From an uncultured Gemmatimonadaceae bacterium (lineage in GTDB: Bacteria > Gemmatimonadota > Gemmatimonadetes > Gemmatimonadales > Gemmatimonadaceae): a stretch of 64,000 nt of DNA. The stretch spans positions 128,001 to 192,000 of the forward strand of contig CAWBOC010000005.1 of the NCBI GenBank assembly GCA_963790305.1, read 5' to 3'. The translations under genes and the position numbers were made by a program. Each line of letters opens with the position of its first letter. Positions within the stretch are counted from its first letter, which is position 1. This document shows, piece by piece, positions 28,273-40,394 of this stretch. The notes below the pieces were generated by a model. That model ran no database searches. It was not told the DNA's origin and saw only the letters and a program-made list of their open reading frames with translations.

Positions 28273-29501
28273 TGCGAGACTCCTCCGTTTTCGCGCGCGG
28301 GGATCGCGGTGGCGGTGGGCTCCTCCACCTCACGAACCGGCGTGGTCTCATCCACGACGACGAGCCGTCGGTCGAGCTGCCGCATCATCGAGCAGAATGC
28401 GCGTGCCACATCAGGGTCGAATTCCGTCCCCGCGCGCGACTCGATGTATTCCAGGGCGCGCTCCGATTCCCACGCATCGCGATAGGGGCGGCGCGTACGC
28501 AGTGCATCGTACACGTCACACACGTGAACGAGCCGGCTGGCACTGTGGCAGTCGCGACCGTAGTGGAGACAGGGATAGCCTCCTCCGTTGAGCATGATGT
28601 GATGCTCGTAGGCGACCACGGCGGCGAGATCGAGCTGCTTGTCGCTGGCGAAGATGATCCGCGCCCCATCGGCGGGGTGCCGGTTCATGATCGCGCGCTC
28701 TTCCGGCGTGAGGCGGCCCGGCTTTACCAGGATCTCGCGTGGGATGCGCACCTTTCCGAGGTCGTGCAGCAGCCCCGCGACGCCATACGCACGAACATCG
28801 CGCTTGCCGAGTCCCATGAACTCCGCCAGCGCCATCGAGAGCACGGACACGTTCATCGAATGCGTGGTCGTGTACTGGTCGAACTCCTTCAGCTCGAGCA
28901 ATGGGATGACGACCTGACTTTCGCCGTGCATGGCAACCGACAGCGAGCGCACGACCGCCTCCGCTTCGACGAGTGGCAGCTCGCCGCGGTGCTCCACTTC
29001 GCCGTGCAGCCAGCGGACCGCTTCGGCTTCCTCGCCGAGCGTGTAGGTGATGGTGGCCGTCGGCAGCACCGCCTCGCTTGGCGCCTTCAGCCCAGTCGCG
29101 CCCCGCACACCAATGGCGCCGAACCGAATGCTGGACGGGCGCGTCTGGCGTTGCTCGGTGGTGTCCACCGTCAATGCCGTAAGGCGCGACATGATGTCAT
29201 CGAGGAAGGTCTCGTAATCTTCGCGCGTCACGCCGGGCTGGAGCTCGATGCGCTGGATGCCCGCCGCCGCCAATCGCCCACCCCATTCCCACTCGCGGAG
29301 CTCGCGCAGCGCTCGCTCTCCGTAGATCACCTCGGCTCCAAGGAACGAAAACCGGGCGGAGGGATCATATTTCTGAAGCGCTTCGAGGTGCTCGAAGGCG
29401 TTGTCGATGGCCTTTACTCGCGCGGGATGGCCGTCGCCGTACAGCGCCATCGTCGACAGCGCCTGCGCGAACGCGGAGAGGAAGCGTGTCGGCTCGCTCA
29501 C
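28269..29501 (-). CDS. HD-GYP cyclic di-GMP phosphodiesterase with uncharacterised N-terminal domain
   Basis: HSMNV, LLHDLGK, EHH...GGGYP and DVYDALRTRRPYR; GTG 29501 overlaps the upstream TGA. Confidence 0.92.
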   Translation of the reverse strand: MSEPTRFLSAFAQALSTMALYGDGHPARVKAIDNAFEHLEALQKYDPSARFSFLGAEVIYGERALRELREWEWGGRLAAAGIQRIELQPGVTREDYETFLDDIMSRLTALTVDTTEQRQTRPSSIRFGAIGVRGATGLKAPSEAVLPTATITYTLGEEAEAVRWLHGEVEHRGELPLVEAEAVVRSLSVAMHGESQVVIPLLELKEFDQYTTTHSMNVSVLSMALAEFMGLGKRDVRAYGVAGLLHDLGKVRIPREILVKPGRLTPEERAIMNRHPADGARIIFASDKQLDLAAVVAYEHHIMLNGGGYPCLHYGRDCHSASRLVHVCDVYDALRTRRPYRDAWESERALEYIESRAGTEFDPDVARAFCSMMRQLDRRLVVVDETTPVREVEEPTATAIPARENGGVSQ

Positions 29502-31600
29502 GCCTGGTGCCCGGTCGCCATGACGGTATTGCGGATCTCGACGTCGGTCGAGCCGAGCGCGAGCGCAAGCACGGCGCCCACGCCGCGGCCTCGCGCCCAA
29601 TGGGTCGCGAGACCGTTGAGTGCCGCGAGCATGGTGGGGGACTTTGGCGCGAGTCGCGGTCGACCGAAGAGTCTCCGCGATGCGCCCGCCGCGCGCTCCA
29701 TGAGCCACTCCAGCACCTCCGTCGTCCGAACCAATGCAATGACGGCGATCGCGTGCGAGCTCAGCTCCGCGTCGAGCGTCCCCTCGGTCACGCGCCGTTG
29801 CAAGATGGCGACCGCGGACAGCGGACACCGGCCGGACGCAGCCTGGAGCGCGACGCGAAAAACGCGCTCGTCGCTGTCGTCGAGGCCGGCGCAGATCGCG
29901 CGCTCCCTGGCGGCGGGGACGGCGACCAGAATGCGAATGGCTTCGCGACGCACACGACCATCGGCATGCCGCGCATAGCTCGTGCCCAGATCGACGTTCT
30001 GATCACCGAGGTCGGCGAGGAGCATCAGCATGTTGCGCACGACGAACCAGCGCTCGTCAGGCAATCGGGCCGTGATGGCCGTTGTCGCCTCCGGTCCGAG
30101 CTGGACGAGGAGATCGAGCAACTTTCGGCGAATCGCCCGCGATGGGGACACCTCGAGCGCGTCGAGCAGCGGGTCGGCGGCGGCGAGCTTGAGCCGCGGA
30201 ACGAGGTGGTCGACGAGCGTGAAATCGATCGGCACCTCGCGGAGTGCCGTGCGAAGCTGTTCCGGCGACGCAAGCTGTCGCCACATGGCGGCGGCCGCCC
30301 GGCTCTGCTCCGGAGCGTTCGATACCAGCGTGAACAGGCGCAAGAGGTCTCCGCGCCGGATCATCGCCTCGACCGCCCGCGTCACCGGCTCACCTAACGA
30401 ATCGACCTCGAGGCTCATCTGGATGATCCGCTCCGGCTCCGGTCCATGCGAGGAGGGCTCGGTCGTGGCGAAGAGCGGTGCCGCCTTCGCCATGTGGTCG
30501 AGGACGACGCGATAGTTCCCCGGATTGGGATCGTCGAGCGTCCAGTCACCAATGAGGCGCTGCACGTGATCGCGAAGCTCGCTCTCCGCACCGGCACGCA
30601 TCTCGGGACCCGCGCCCTGCTCGGCGTGCGTCGCGAGCTTCGTGAGCAGGCGAACGAGCGAGTGCGAAATCGTCTGCTGCGACGTGTCCGCGGCGGCCTG
30701 CACGAGCTCCATCACGGCGTCGACCGCCATCCCCTGCGCGGCATCGAGCATGAAGCGTTGCCGCTGCGAGAGATCGCCTCCCATTTCGAGCAGTCGCCGA
30801 AGTGTCGCGGGATTGAGCGCGCTGACCATCGTCGAAATGCGCTTCTGGAGCGCCTGCGATTCCGCGCCGCCCTTGCGCTTCAGCTCCTCGGCGATCTGGA
30901 GCAGGTAGCCGACGATGACCTGGTCGTACGCCACCTCGCGACGGTGCTCGTCGATCGCCTTCGCCACGACCACGGGGTCGGTCGACGGAACCTCGCCGGT
31001 CGTGGATGCGGCCGATTCGGCGAACATTGCGGCGCGCGCAAGCCCGACCCAGAGCTGGGCAGCACGTGCACCCGCCTCTCCGCTGCTCCCGCCGCCACCA
31101 GCGGCATCTTGCGAGGAGCGCTCACTCGCCAGCTCCAGCTGGTCGTACGTGAGCGGAAAGGCGCGAATGTGCGCCCAGCGGCGAAGCTCTTCCGCGGGCC
31201 GCAGGCCTAACGGCGTGACGCTGCGCTCGGCATCGGCGGCGATCGTCTTGAGAAGATCGGCGACCTCATCCCGCGCAATGCCGCGCAGGAACTTCACGGC
31301 ACCGAGGTGGTGTCGGTGGAGCCGATGCGCGAGGTCGCGCAGGAGGGAGTTACTCGCGGCGGTGACGACTCCCTCGATGACGAGCTGCTGGCGCGCAACG
31401 CCAAGCGAGAGTGTGGCACGGTCCTGCAGCAGGCGGACGAGGCGGAGCACGAGCGCGTCGACGGCGCCGGCCAGCAGGGGATGCCCCGACGGGTAAATCG
31501 CGTTCTTGTGCAACGCGATCGACAGCTCGATGAGGAAGTCGGCGAGGTCGCGCGACAGCGCCGCGCTCTCGCCCGAGGCGGTCGCGTGCGCGTGGGTCAC
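29498..31600 (-). CDS. HEAT-repeat protein with N-terminal 'YPxGHP' domain
   Basis: C-terminal HEAT-like units (DERWFVVRN, HADGRVRREA, LDDSDERV); RBS GGAGGGG before GTG. Confidence 0.85.
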   Translation of the reverse strand: MTHAHATASGESAALSRDLADFLIELSIALHKNAIYPSGHPLLAGAVDALVLRLVRLLQDRATLSLGVARQQLVIEGVVTAASNSLLRDLAHRLHRHHLGAVKFLRGIARDEVADLLKTIAADAERSVTPLGLRPAEELRRWAHIRAFPLTYDQLELASERSSQDAAGGGGSSGEAGARAAQLWVGLARAAMFAESAASTTGEVPSTDPVVVAKAIDEHRREVAYDQVIVGYLLQIAEELKRKGGAESQALQKRISTMVSALNPATLRRLLEMGGDLSQRQRFMLDAAQGMAVDAVMELVQAAADTSQQTISHSLVRLLTKLATHAEQGAGPEMRAGAESELRDHVQRLIGDWTLDDPNPGNYRVVLDHMAKAAPLFATTEPSSHGPEPERIIQMSLEVDSLGEPVTRAVEAMIRRGDLLRLFTLVSNAPEQSRAAAAMWRQLASPEQLRTALREVPIDFTLVDHLVPRLKLAAADPLLDALEVSPSRAIRRKLLDLLVQLGPEATTAITARLPDERWFVVRNMLMLLADLGDQNVDLGTSYARHADGRVRREAIRILVAVPAARERAICAGLDDSDERVFRVALQAASGRCPLSAVAILQRRVTEGTLDAELSSHAIAVIALVRTTEVLEWLMERAAGASRRLFGRPRLAPKSPTMLAALNGLATHWARGRGVGAVLALALGSTDVEIRNTVMATGHQA

Positions 31601-31782
31601 GGTCCCCTCCGGGGACGCGTGGCGAGTGCGATCGGTTGCGGGCGGCGCTGGGCTGAATGCACGGCTGCGTCGGGATGGGTACCAAGGTCCCGAAAGAAAG
31701 ACGAGCGGGGACCGCCCCCGTTACGGTCGTCAGGCGGGGGCCCGGGCCCCGCAAGTCCCTGTGAAGCAAGCCATTTAGCCCG

Positions 31783-31797
31783 TGGCACATGCGTTGC
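31783..31797 (+). promoter_or_regulatory. Sigma54 (-24/-12) promoter
   Basis: TGGCAC-ATGCG-TTGC is an exact match to TGGCAC-N5-TTGC, about 75 nt upstream of ATG 31872. Confidence 0.75.
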
Positions 31798-31871
31798 CAA
31801 TTGCAGTTCCCGCCGGCCCTCCCGACCCGCGCGATGCGGGGACGCGAAGGCCGCCTAACGCGGAGGAAGTC

Positions 31872-32531
31872 ATGGCAGCAGAGCGCAAGAAAGGATCGTC
31901 CGGCCGGGGCTCGAGCCGGTCATCCGGGCGCGGGAGTGAAGGCCGCGGCAGTTCCGGCGGAAGCGGCGGATCGGCTCGCGGCGCGAGCTCGAAGCGCGGG
32001 GGAGCACCGAAGGGCGGTGGGCTTGGCGATGATCAGGGTACTCGCGTCGGATCGCCTGGTTCAGGGGGGCGCGGCGCTTCAGGCTCGGGTGGTAGCTACC
32101 GCGGACCGAGCACTCAGCCGGTGAAGGAAGGCCTCGAGGGGAGCATTCTCGAAGGGGCGAGCGGATCCGGCAAAGCGCAGGGACGAGGGCGCAGCACGGG
32201 CGCTGGTGCCGAGGCGAGCGAGGGCATCCACGGCGCGTCGTCCCGTCGCGGCGAGAGCTCGCGCACGAGCGCGACGAATGCGCGCACCGCGTCGCGCGAG
32301 ACGTCCTCGAGCTCGACGCGGACTACCAAGGACCGGTCAGCCTCCGAGCCAATGAGTGGCTCCGAGCATCAGCACGTCAGTGGCTACGGCGGAGCCGGCG
32401 GCACTCCGAAGTCGAGCTCCGATCAGCGGGAACCCGCACGCAAGATCGAGCAGCCGGTGGGCGGCTCGCGCAAGCGCGGCTCGCGGGCGCAGGGACGGCT
32501 GGGCGATGAAGAGGCGGGGGACGGATTGTAG
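31872..32531 (+). CDS. Gly/Ser/Arg-rich, probably intrinsically disordered protein
   Basis: GGAGG RBS; almost no hydrophobic residues; lies between a sigma54 motif and a family A element. Confidence 0.75.
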   Translation: MAAERKKGSSGRGSSRSSGRGSEGRGSSGGSGGSARGASSKRGGAPKGGGLGDDQGTRVGSPGSGGRGASGSGGSYRGPSTQPVKEGLEGSILEGASGSGKAQGRGRSTGAGAEASEGIHGASSRRGESSRTSATNARTASRETSSSSTRTTKDRSASEPMSGSEHQHVSGYGGAGGTPKSSSDQREPARKIEQPVGGSRKRGSRAQGRLGDEEAGDGL

Positions 32532-32535
32532 GAGC

Positions 32536-32657
32536 TAGGGGTCAGGAGTCAGGGGGTGTCGGGGAAAAGGTTGTAGGAGCGGCGTGTGCCGTCTCCTGAC
32601 ACCCATACCCCAACACCCCCTGACCCCTGATCCCTGGCTCCTGACTCCTGCCGCCTA
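32536..32657. repeat. Palindromic element, family A, copy 3
   Basis: TAGGGGTCAGGAGTCAGGGGGTGTC...AAGGTTGTAGGAG / CTCCTGACACC...CCTGACTCCTG between convergent genes. Confidence 0.88.
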
Positions 32658-32671
32658 GCGGCCGCAGGCCG

Positions 32672-33947
<1,276 letters not shown>

Positions 33948-33961
<14 letters not shown>

Positions 33962-35585
33962 GACGCCCTCCCGTCGTGTCCCGGGCAGCGCTGGAGGCAC
34001 CGTCCTCCAGATAGCGCTCGCCGGGAAGTGTGAGGAACTCCGCGAACTCCTCGCCGAGCACGAGCTCGTCGAGCAGCGCCGCGGCGTCCCGCAGTCGTGT
34101 GTGACCCCCTGCGGCGGAGAGCGCGGCGATCTCGGCATCGCGCACCCGCTCGTACATCGCCCGCGTGAACCGCTCACCGTCGACGTCGGCGCCGTGTCGC
34201 AGCCATTGCCACAGCTGCGCACGCGAGATCTCCGCCGTCGCGGTGTCCTCCATGAGATTGTAGATCGCCACCGCGCCCGAGCCGCGCATCCACGACTCGA
34301 GATACTGGAGCGCGACGCTGACGTTGCTCTTGACGCCACCCGCCGACACCGTCCCGCCGGGAACACGCACATCGAGAATCTGCTCGGCGGACACGTTCAC
34401 CTCGGGGCGCTGGCGGGCCTTCTGGTTCGGCATGTTCCCGAGCACGCCATCGAACACCTGCTTCGCGACCGGCACCAGGTCCGGGTGCGCGACCCAGGTG
34501 CCATCGAAGCCATCCGCTGACTCGCGCAGCTTGTCCTCCCGCACCTTCGCGAGCGCCGTCTCGTTGACCTTGGCATCACGACGGCTGGGGACGAAGGCAG
34601 CCATTCCCCCCATGGCGTGCGCGCCGCGTCGGTGGCAGGTCTTCACCAGGAGCTCGGTGTACGCGCGCATGAAGGGCACCGTCATCGTGACCTGCGCGCG
34701 ATCGGGAAGCATGGTGTCGGGGCGCTGACGGAACTTCTTGATCGCCGAGAAGATGTAGTCCCACCGACCGGCGTTGAGCCCCGCCGCGTGCTCCCGGAGC
34801 TCGTGGAGAATCTCCTCCATCTCGAGCGCGGCGAGAATCGTCTCGATGAGCACCGTGGCGCGAATCGTTCCGCGCGGGATGCCTAACCACTCCTGCGCCG
34901 CCACGAAGACATCGTTCCAGAGCCGTGCTTCGCGGTGCGACTCCATCTTCGGCAGGTAGAAATACGGTCCCGTCCCTCGATCGAGCAGCGCGCTGGCGTT
35001 GTGAAAGAGGTACAGACCGAAATCGAACAGCGACGCCGATATCGGACTCCCGTCGACCGTCACATGGCGCTCGACCAAATGCCATCCGCGCGGACGGACG
35101 AGCAGAGTCGCGATCGTTTCGTTGAGCGCGTACTGCTTTCCCTCGGGACTCGCGAAGGCGAGCGTGCGACGGACCGCGTCCATCAGGTTCCCCTGCCCCG
35201 CGATTGCGTTCTCCCACGTCGGAGAGAGCGCATCCTCGAAGTCGGCCATGAAGCAGCTTGCGCCCGAGTTGAGAGCGTTGATCATCATCTTCCGCTCGAC
35301 GGGGCCGGTGATCTCGACCCGTCGATCCTCGAGATCCCGCGGGGCGGGGGCTACGCGCCATTCGCTCTCCCGGATGCTGGCCGCGTTGCCGAGGAAGCAG
35401 GGCGACGAGCCGTTGTCGAGCTCGCGCTGGCGATCGACGCGCGCGCGAAGGAGCGCCTCACGAGTGGGGTTGAATTCGCGGTGCAGGCGCGCGACGAACG
35501 CCAGCGCATCCTCGGTGAGGACTCGCCCGGAGTCTGGCAGGCGCCCGCCCACCATCTGCACGCGCTCAACAGCGCGAGCCGTCAT
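33948..35585 (-). CDS. aceB: Malate synthase A
   Basis: [29 protein letters not shown] and [20 protein letters not shown]. Confidence 0.97.
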
Positions 35586-35799
35586 GTGTGTTCCTCGCTG
35601 TTGTGGCGAAATCAACTCCGGGGGGTGCCCGAATGAGGGGCAAGGGACGCGCCAGCCCACGCCCCCGAAGCGCCGCCGATGCGCACTGGTTATGCGCGTT
35701 TCTGCGCGGTCGGCGCGATTGAGGTTGGGGTGGCGTTGTCGTGCCCGCGCGACACCGGGGGGGCACCCAACCGTTGCAACGGCCGTTCCGGGCGGGATA

Positions 35800-35826
35800 G
35801 CATTCCGCATTCCGTAATCGGCATTC
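35800..35826. repeat. Half element, family D (one arm only)
   Basis: GCATTCCGCATTCCGTAATCGGCATTC just upstream of ppc, in a divergent intergenic region. Confidence 0.55.
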
Positions 35827-35835
35827 GGAGCTCCA

Positions 35836-38601
35836 TTGTCACCCGAGACGCGCCCCGAAGACCTGCCCCTTCACGAGGACGTTCGTCTGCTCGCCTCCAC
35901 GCTCGGCGCCGTCATTCGCCGACTGGAGGGCGAGGAGGCATTTCAGGCCGTGGAAGAGCTGCGCCGGGCCTCCCGCGCCCGCCGACGCGAGCACCCGGAT
36001 GCGCCGTCGCTCGATGAGCTGCTCACCCGCGTCGATCAATTGCCGCTCGATCACGCAGCGACCGTCGCGCGTGCCTTCACACTCTTCTTCCTGCTCATCA
36101 ACACCGCTGAGCAGGTGCATCGTGTACGACGTCGCGATGCGTATCTGGAGCAGGAGGACGCTGCACCGCAACCCGGCTCCTCGCGCTGGGTGATGCACCG
36201 TCTCCGTGCGGAAGGGCGAACGGCAGAGCAGGTCGCGCAGGCGATGCGCGCGCTCGACATACGGCCGGTGCTGACCGCGCATCCCACCGAGTCGACGCGG
36301 CGCACGCTCCTCGCGCTCCAGGCTCGGGTCAGCGACCTGCTGCTCGCGCACGAGCGCGCGCCCGAATGGCGCCGGCGGGAGATCGTCGAAGAGCTGGAGG
36401 CGGAAACCGAGCTCCTCTGGCTCACCGCTGAAGTGCAGCGCGACCGCCCGTCGGTGATGGACGAAGTGGGAAACGCGCTCTGGTATCTCGAGGATCGGCT
36501 CGTCGCCGCCGCGTCACGCGTGCGGCAGGAGACCCTGCGCGCCTTCATGGAGGAGTTTGGCCAACAGCTCAACGAGTTCGTTCCCGTGCGATTCGGGTCC
36601 TGGGTCGGCGGAGATCGGGATGGCAACCCGTATGTCACCCCCGACATCACCATCGCCGCCGCACGACGCTCCGCCTACGCCATCCTGGCCGTGTACCGGC
36701 GCGACGTCGAGGCGCTGGTGGATCGCCTCTCCGTTTCCGATCTCCTCGCGCCAACGCCGAAAGCATTGATCGATTCGCTCGAGCGCGATCGCGAGGAGCT
36801 CCCCGACGTGTGGCGCGCGAACCGCCGACGCAACAAGCACGAGCCGGTGCGGCTCAAGCTGTCGTTCGTTGCCGCGCGACTCGAGGCGACGCGTCGCTTG
36901 ATCGCGGCGCGCGACGCGGGAGCCATCACCTCGGAGCCGGCGGCATACTCGAGTGCGGAGCCGCTCGAACGCGACCTGCTCCTCGTGCGGGGAGCGCTCG
37001 ATGAAGCCGGCGCCGCGCGCGCGCGCGAAGCCCAGCTCGATCCACTGCTCGCCCGCGTACAGGCGCATGGGCTCCACGGCTTTCTCCTCGACGTGCGCGA
37101 TCATGCGAATGTTCACGCCAAGGCCGTCGCCGCGATCGCCGGCAGCGTTGGACTCGGCGAGCCCGACCTGGAGCTACTCCGTGGCGAGCTGACGGGCCGA
37201 CGTCCGCTGATCGGCCCCCACCTTCCGCTGGACGACGATACGCGACGCACGCTCGACGTCTTCGGAGTCATGCGGCAAATCCAGGAGGAGTTGGGGGAAG
37301 CAGCCGCGCGCACGTACGTCATCTCCATGGCGCGGGGCACGGAGGATCTTCTTCGCGTCCTCCTGCTGGCGCGCGAAGCGGGGCTCGTCGACCTCGCCGC
37401 CGATCCGCCGCAATCCGCGATCGATGTGGTGCCGCTGTTCGAGACGCTCGATGATCTCGATCGTGCGCCGGCCGTCGTGCGCGCCCTGCTCGATGATCCG
37501 GTGTACCGGCGTCAGGTGGACGCACGGGAGCGGCGTCAGGAGATCATGATCGGATACTCCGACTCGGCGAAGGATGCCGGGCTCCTCCCCGCATCGTGGG
37601 CGCTCTACCGCGCCCAGGAAGAGATTGCCGCCCTCGCCGACTCGTCAGGCATAGAGCTCACGCTCTTTCATGGGCGCGGCGGAACGGTTGGTCGCGGCGG
37701 AGGATCACCCGTCTGGCGGGCGCTCGCAGCGCTTCCACCCGGAACGGTACGCGGACGCATCAAGATCACCGAGCAGGGTGAGATCATCTCCCAGCAGTTC
37801 GGCCTTCTCCCGATTGCCGAGCGTTCGCTGGAGGTGACGGTCGCTGGAACACTCATGCACGCGTTCGCGGATTGGCGCACGGCCCTCGCGCCCGGCGAAG
37901 AAGCTCGATTCCGCGAGATGATGGACCGCCTGTCCGACGAGGCCCTTCCCGTCTACAGGACCCTCGTGCACGAGGATCCCGCGATCTTCGAGATGCTGCT
38001 CCAGGCGACGCCGGTGAAAGAGCTCGCGCACGTTCAGTTCGGATCGCGCCCTGTCTATCGCGAAGGAGCGTCGCAGAGCATGGAGTCCATTCGCGCGATC
38101 CCGTGGATGTTCGGCTGGACGCAGATTCGCTTGATGCTGCCTGCGTGGCTGGGCGTCGGCACGGCACTCGAACGGGCCCTCGCGAAGCCGGAGACGCTCG
38201 AGCTCCTTCGTCGTATGGCGAAGGCATGGCCCTTCTTCGATGATTTTCTCGGAAAGGTCGAGATGGTGTGCGCGAAAACCGATCTCGAGATCGCCCGCGC
38301 CTACGTGACCCATTTGGGCGGTGACGTCCGACTTCTCGATCGCCTCGCCGAAGAGTTTCATCGCACGGTCCGCGCGGTGCTGACCATTCGCGACGCGCCG
38401 GATCTGCTCATCGACAACGAGGTGCTACGAACGTCGATCGCGCTCCGGAACCCGTACGTCGATCCCCTATCCCTGCTTCAGATCTCGCTGCTGCGCCGCA
38501 AGCGTCGATTGCAGGAGGGTGCCGAGGAGCTCAAGCCCCTCGATGACGCAATCGGGACCACCTTGAACGGCGTCGCCCAGGGACTCAGAAACACCGGGTG
38601 A
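35836..38601 (+). CDS. ppc: Phosphoenolpyruvate carboxylase
   Basis: [43 protein letters not shown] and C-terminal LRNTG. Confidence 0.97.
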   Translation: MSPETRPEDLPLHEDVRLLASTLGAVIRRLEGEEAFQAVEELRRASRARRREHPDAPSLDELLTRVDQLPLDHAATVARAFTLFFLLINTAEQVHRVRRRDAYLEQEDAAPQPGSSRWVMHRLRAEGRTAEQVAQAMRALDIRPVLTAHPTESTRRTLLALQARVSDLLLAHERAPEWRRREIVEELEAETELLWLTAEVQRDRPSVMDEVGNALWYLEDRLVAAASRVRQETLRAFMEEFGQQLNEFVPVRFGSWVGGDRDGNPYVTPDITIAAARRSAYAILAVYRRDVEALVDRLSVSDLLAPTPKALIDSLERDREELPDVWRANRRRNKHEPVRLKLSFVAARLEATRRLIAARDAGAITSEPAAYSSAEPLERDLLLVRGALDEAGAARAREAQLDPLLARVQAHGLHGFLLDVRDHANVHAKAVAAIAGSVGLGEPDLELLRGELTGRRPLIGPHLPLDDDTRRTLDVFGVMRQIQEELGEAAARTYVISMARGTEDLLRVLLLAREAGLVDLAADPPQSAIDVVPLFETLDDLDRAPAVVRALLDDPVYRRQVDARERRQEIMIGYSDSAKDAGLLPASWALYRAQEEIAALADSSGIELTLFHGRGGTVGRGGGSPVWRALAALPPGTVRGRIKITEQGEIISQQFGLLPIAERSLEVTVAGTLMHAFADWRTALAPGEEARFREMMDRLSDEALPVYRTLVHEDPAIFEMLLQATPVKELAHVQFGSRPVYREGASQSMESIRAIPWMFGWTQIRLMLPAWLGVGTALERALAKPETLELLRRMAKAWPFFDDFLGKVEMVCAKTDLEIARAYVTHLGGDVRLLDRLAEEFHRTVRAVLTIRDAPDLLIDNEVLRTSIALRNPYVDPLSLLQISLLRRKRRLQEGAEELKPLDDAIGTTLNGVAQGLRNTG

Positions 38602-38611
38602 GCGGGTGTCC

Positions 38612-39325
38612 TTACCGCCCCTCGCTGAGGTAGACCAGACGTCGCGCGAGGATTTTCGGCCGAATCGTCCACGCGACCGCCATTCCGCCGAACATACCGC
38701 CGAGGTGAGCGGCGTTGTCGATCATCGGCGTCATCAACCCAGCGGCGATTGTGAAAAGGGCCCAGGCCGCGATCACGATGCCGATGCGCTTGTCTCGCAC
38801 CATCAGCTCGTGATGATGCTTCCAGAAGAGCACCATCACCGCGCCCATGAGCCCGAAGATCGCGCCCGACGCGCCGACGGACGGACCAGGGCCCATCGCC
38901 ACGCTGAGGACCGAGCCCGCCACCCCGCTGGCAAGATAGATGAGGAGCATCGAGCGCGTCCCGTACGCGTGCTCGCTCGCCATGCCGAGGATATAGAGGG
39001 ACATGGCGTTGCCGACAATGTGCTCCATGTTGCCGTGCAGCACCGTTGCCGAGAAAAGGCGCCACCACTCGCCCTGTGCTATCCGGTCGCGCACGAGAGC
39101 GCCCGCGGCGATGATGCTTTCCTCGCTCGCCAGCGCCCCGACCGAGAGCTGCCAGCCGAAAATGCCGGCGAGAGCTACAATGAGCAGAAGCGTTGCCGGC
39201 GGCGCGTACCCCATGCCCTGTTCGAAGTCCACGCGCACATCCACCGGGCGCGGGGCCTCCAGCATGTCGGCGGTGATCCGAATCGGCTGCTCGTTCGCAG
39301 CCGATTCGCCTTCCATCCCGCTCAT
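38612..39325 (-). CDS. Rhomboid intramembrane serine protease
   Basis: EWWRL, HIVGN, catalytic GASGA and AHLGG. Confidence 0.92.
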   Translation of the reverse strand: MSGMEGESAANEQPIRITADMLEAPRPVDVRVDFEQGMGYAPPATLLLIVALAGIFGWQLSVGALASEESIIAAGALVRDRIAQGEWWRLFSATVLHGNMEHIVGNAMSLYILGMASEHAYGTRSMLLIYLASGVAGSVLSVAMGPGPSVGASGAIFGLMGAVMVLFWKHHHELMVRDKRIGIVIAAWALFTIAAGLMTPMIDNAAHLGGMFGGMAVAWTIRPKILARRLVYLSEGR

Positions 39326-39326
39326 G

Positions 39327-40214
39327 CTACCGCCGCTCGCCCGTGTCGAGCATCACCCCAAGAGCCAACCCCAGCCGGCGATCGAGATCGCGTCGGCGAT
39401 CCGCCGAGAGATCGAGGACGTACCGGTCGAGAATCGTGAGCTTCCGCTTGAACTCACCCACGACCACGTCGCTCTCACCGCGGGTGATGAGGAAGTTCGT
39501 ACGCAGGAGGCCGAACAGCGGACCCAGCACTCGACGGAGGAGTGAAAGAATGATCGAGTCCTCCTTCGCGACATACATCACGCTTCCGCTCGGCGAGCGC
39601 ATCTCCCACCGCTTGCGGAAGATGTTGTACAGGTAGTTCTTCTTGAATGAAGCGAGCGACGCTCCCGATGCATCGCGCACCGTGTACGTCCGCATGGGGA
39701 ATTGAACCTTCTTGTCCTGCAGGACGTCGAACATCTTGTGCGTCCTGGATTCATCGCGATAGAACGTCACGTGCCGCCGCTTCGACAGCGCCATGGCGAC
39801 GACGACGAACGCCACCGGAGCGAGGAGGATGACGACCACACCCAGACCTCCACCGCCGGCTTGCTGGGCGCCCGCCGCCGCGAGACCCATCCCGACGCCG
39901 TACACGACCATCATTGCCACCCAGCCGCAGATCAGGGCGAGCAGCGTCCGCCAGAAGTACGTCGGACGCTCGACGAACAGAATCGGGTTGCCCTGCTCGT
40001 CGGAGACCTGATACTTCTGGTTGATGGAGAGGTGCTTCTGCCGGAGGAGGAAGATGTCCCGGTTGAACACCTCATCGGCCTGCGACTTCGGGGTGAGCGT
40101 GCTCTCGCTCGCCTTGTTCACCGCGCCGCACTGCGGGCATTCGACGAGCTTGCCGGCGTACTCGTCCTTGAGCGTATAGGTGTTGCGGCAACGGCAGCTG
40201 ACGACGACGGCCAT
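39327..40214 (-). CDS. Zn-ribbon + LURP-one/scramblase-like membrane protein
   Basis: CRC...CPQC N-terminus, two TM helices, beta-rich body with RDIFLLRQK and TILDRYVLDL. Confidence 0.7.
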   Translation of the reverse strand: MAVVVSCRCRNTYTLKDEYAGKLVECPQCGAVNKASESTLTPKSQADEVFNRDIFLLRQKHLSINQKYQVSDEQGNPILFVERPTYFWRTLLALICGWVAMMVVYGVGMGLAAAGAQQAGGGGLGVVVILLAPVAFVVVAMALSKRRHVTFYRDESRTHKMFDVLQDKKVQFPMRTYTVRDASGASLASFKKNYLYNIFRKRWEMRSPSGSVMYVAKEDSIILSLLRRVLGPLFGLLRTNFLITRGESDVVVGEFKRKLTILDRYVLDLSADRRRDLDRRLGLALGVMLDTGERR

Positions 40215-40394
40215 GGCTGGCTCCAGGGATCGTTATGCGATGGTGGAACTTCAGCATAGTGGACGATCCACCCGGGGAGAAGAGTACGGGGAGGCGTCGC
40301 GGGCAGCCTTTTCACCCCCCGTCGCGCGCCTTAACGTTCGTTCCAAACCCTCGGTCGGCTTCCGGTGTCTGATAGCGCGACCATGGAGGACACG

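Noticed and set aside
28227..29978. 583-aa plus-strand ORF
   Set aside because: Antisense to the HD-GYP and HEAT genes, which carry clear motifs.
31601..31780. c-di-GMP riboswitch in the leader of the HEAT/HD-GYP operon
   Set aside because: GC-rich hairpins are present but I could not find GEMM consensus elements; an Rfam scan would settle it.
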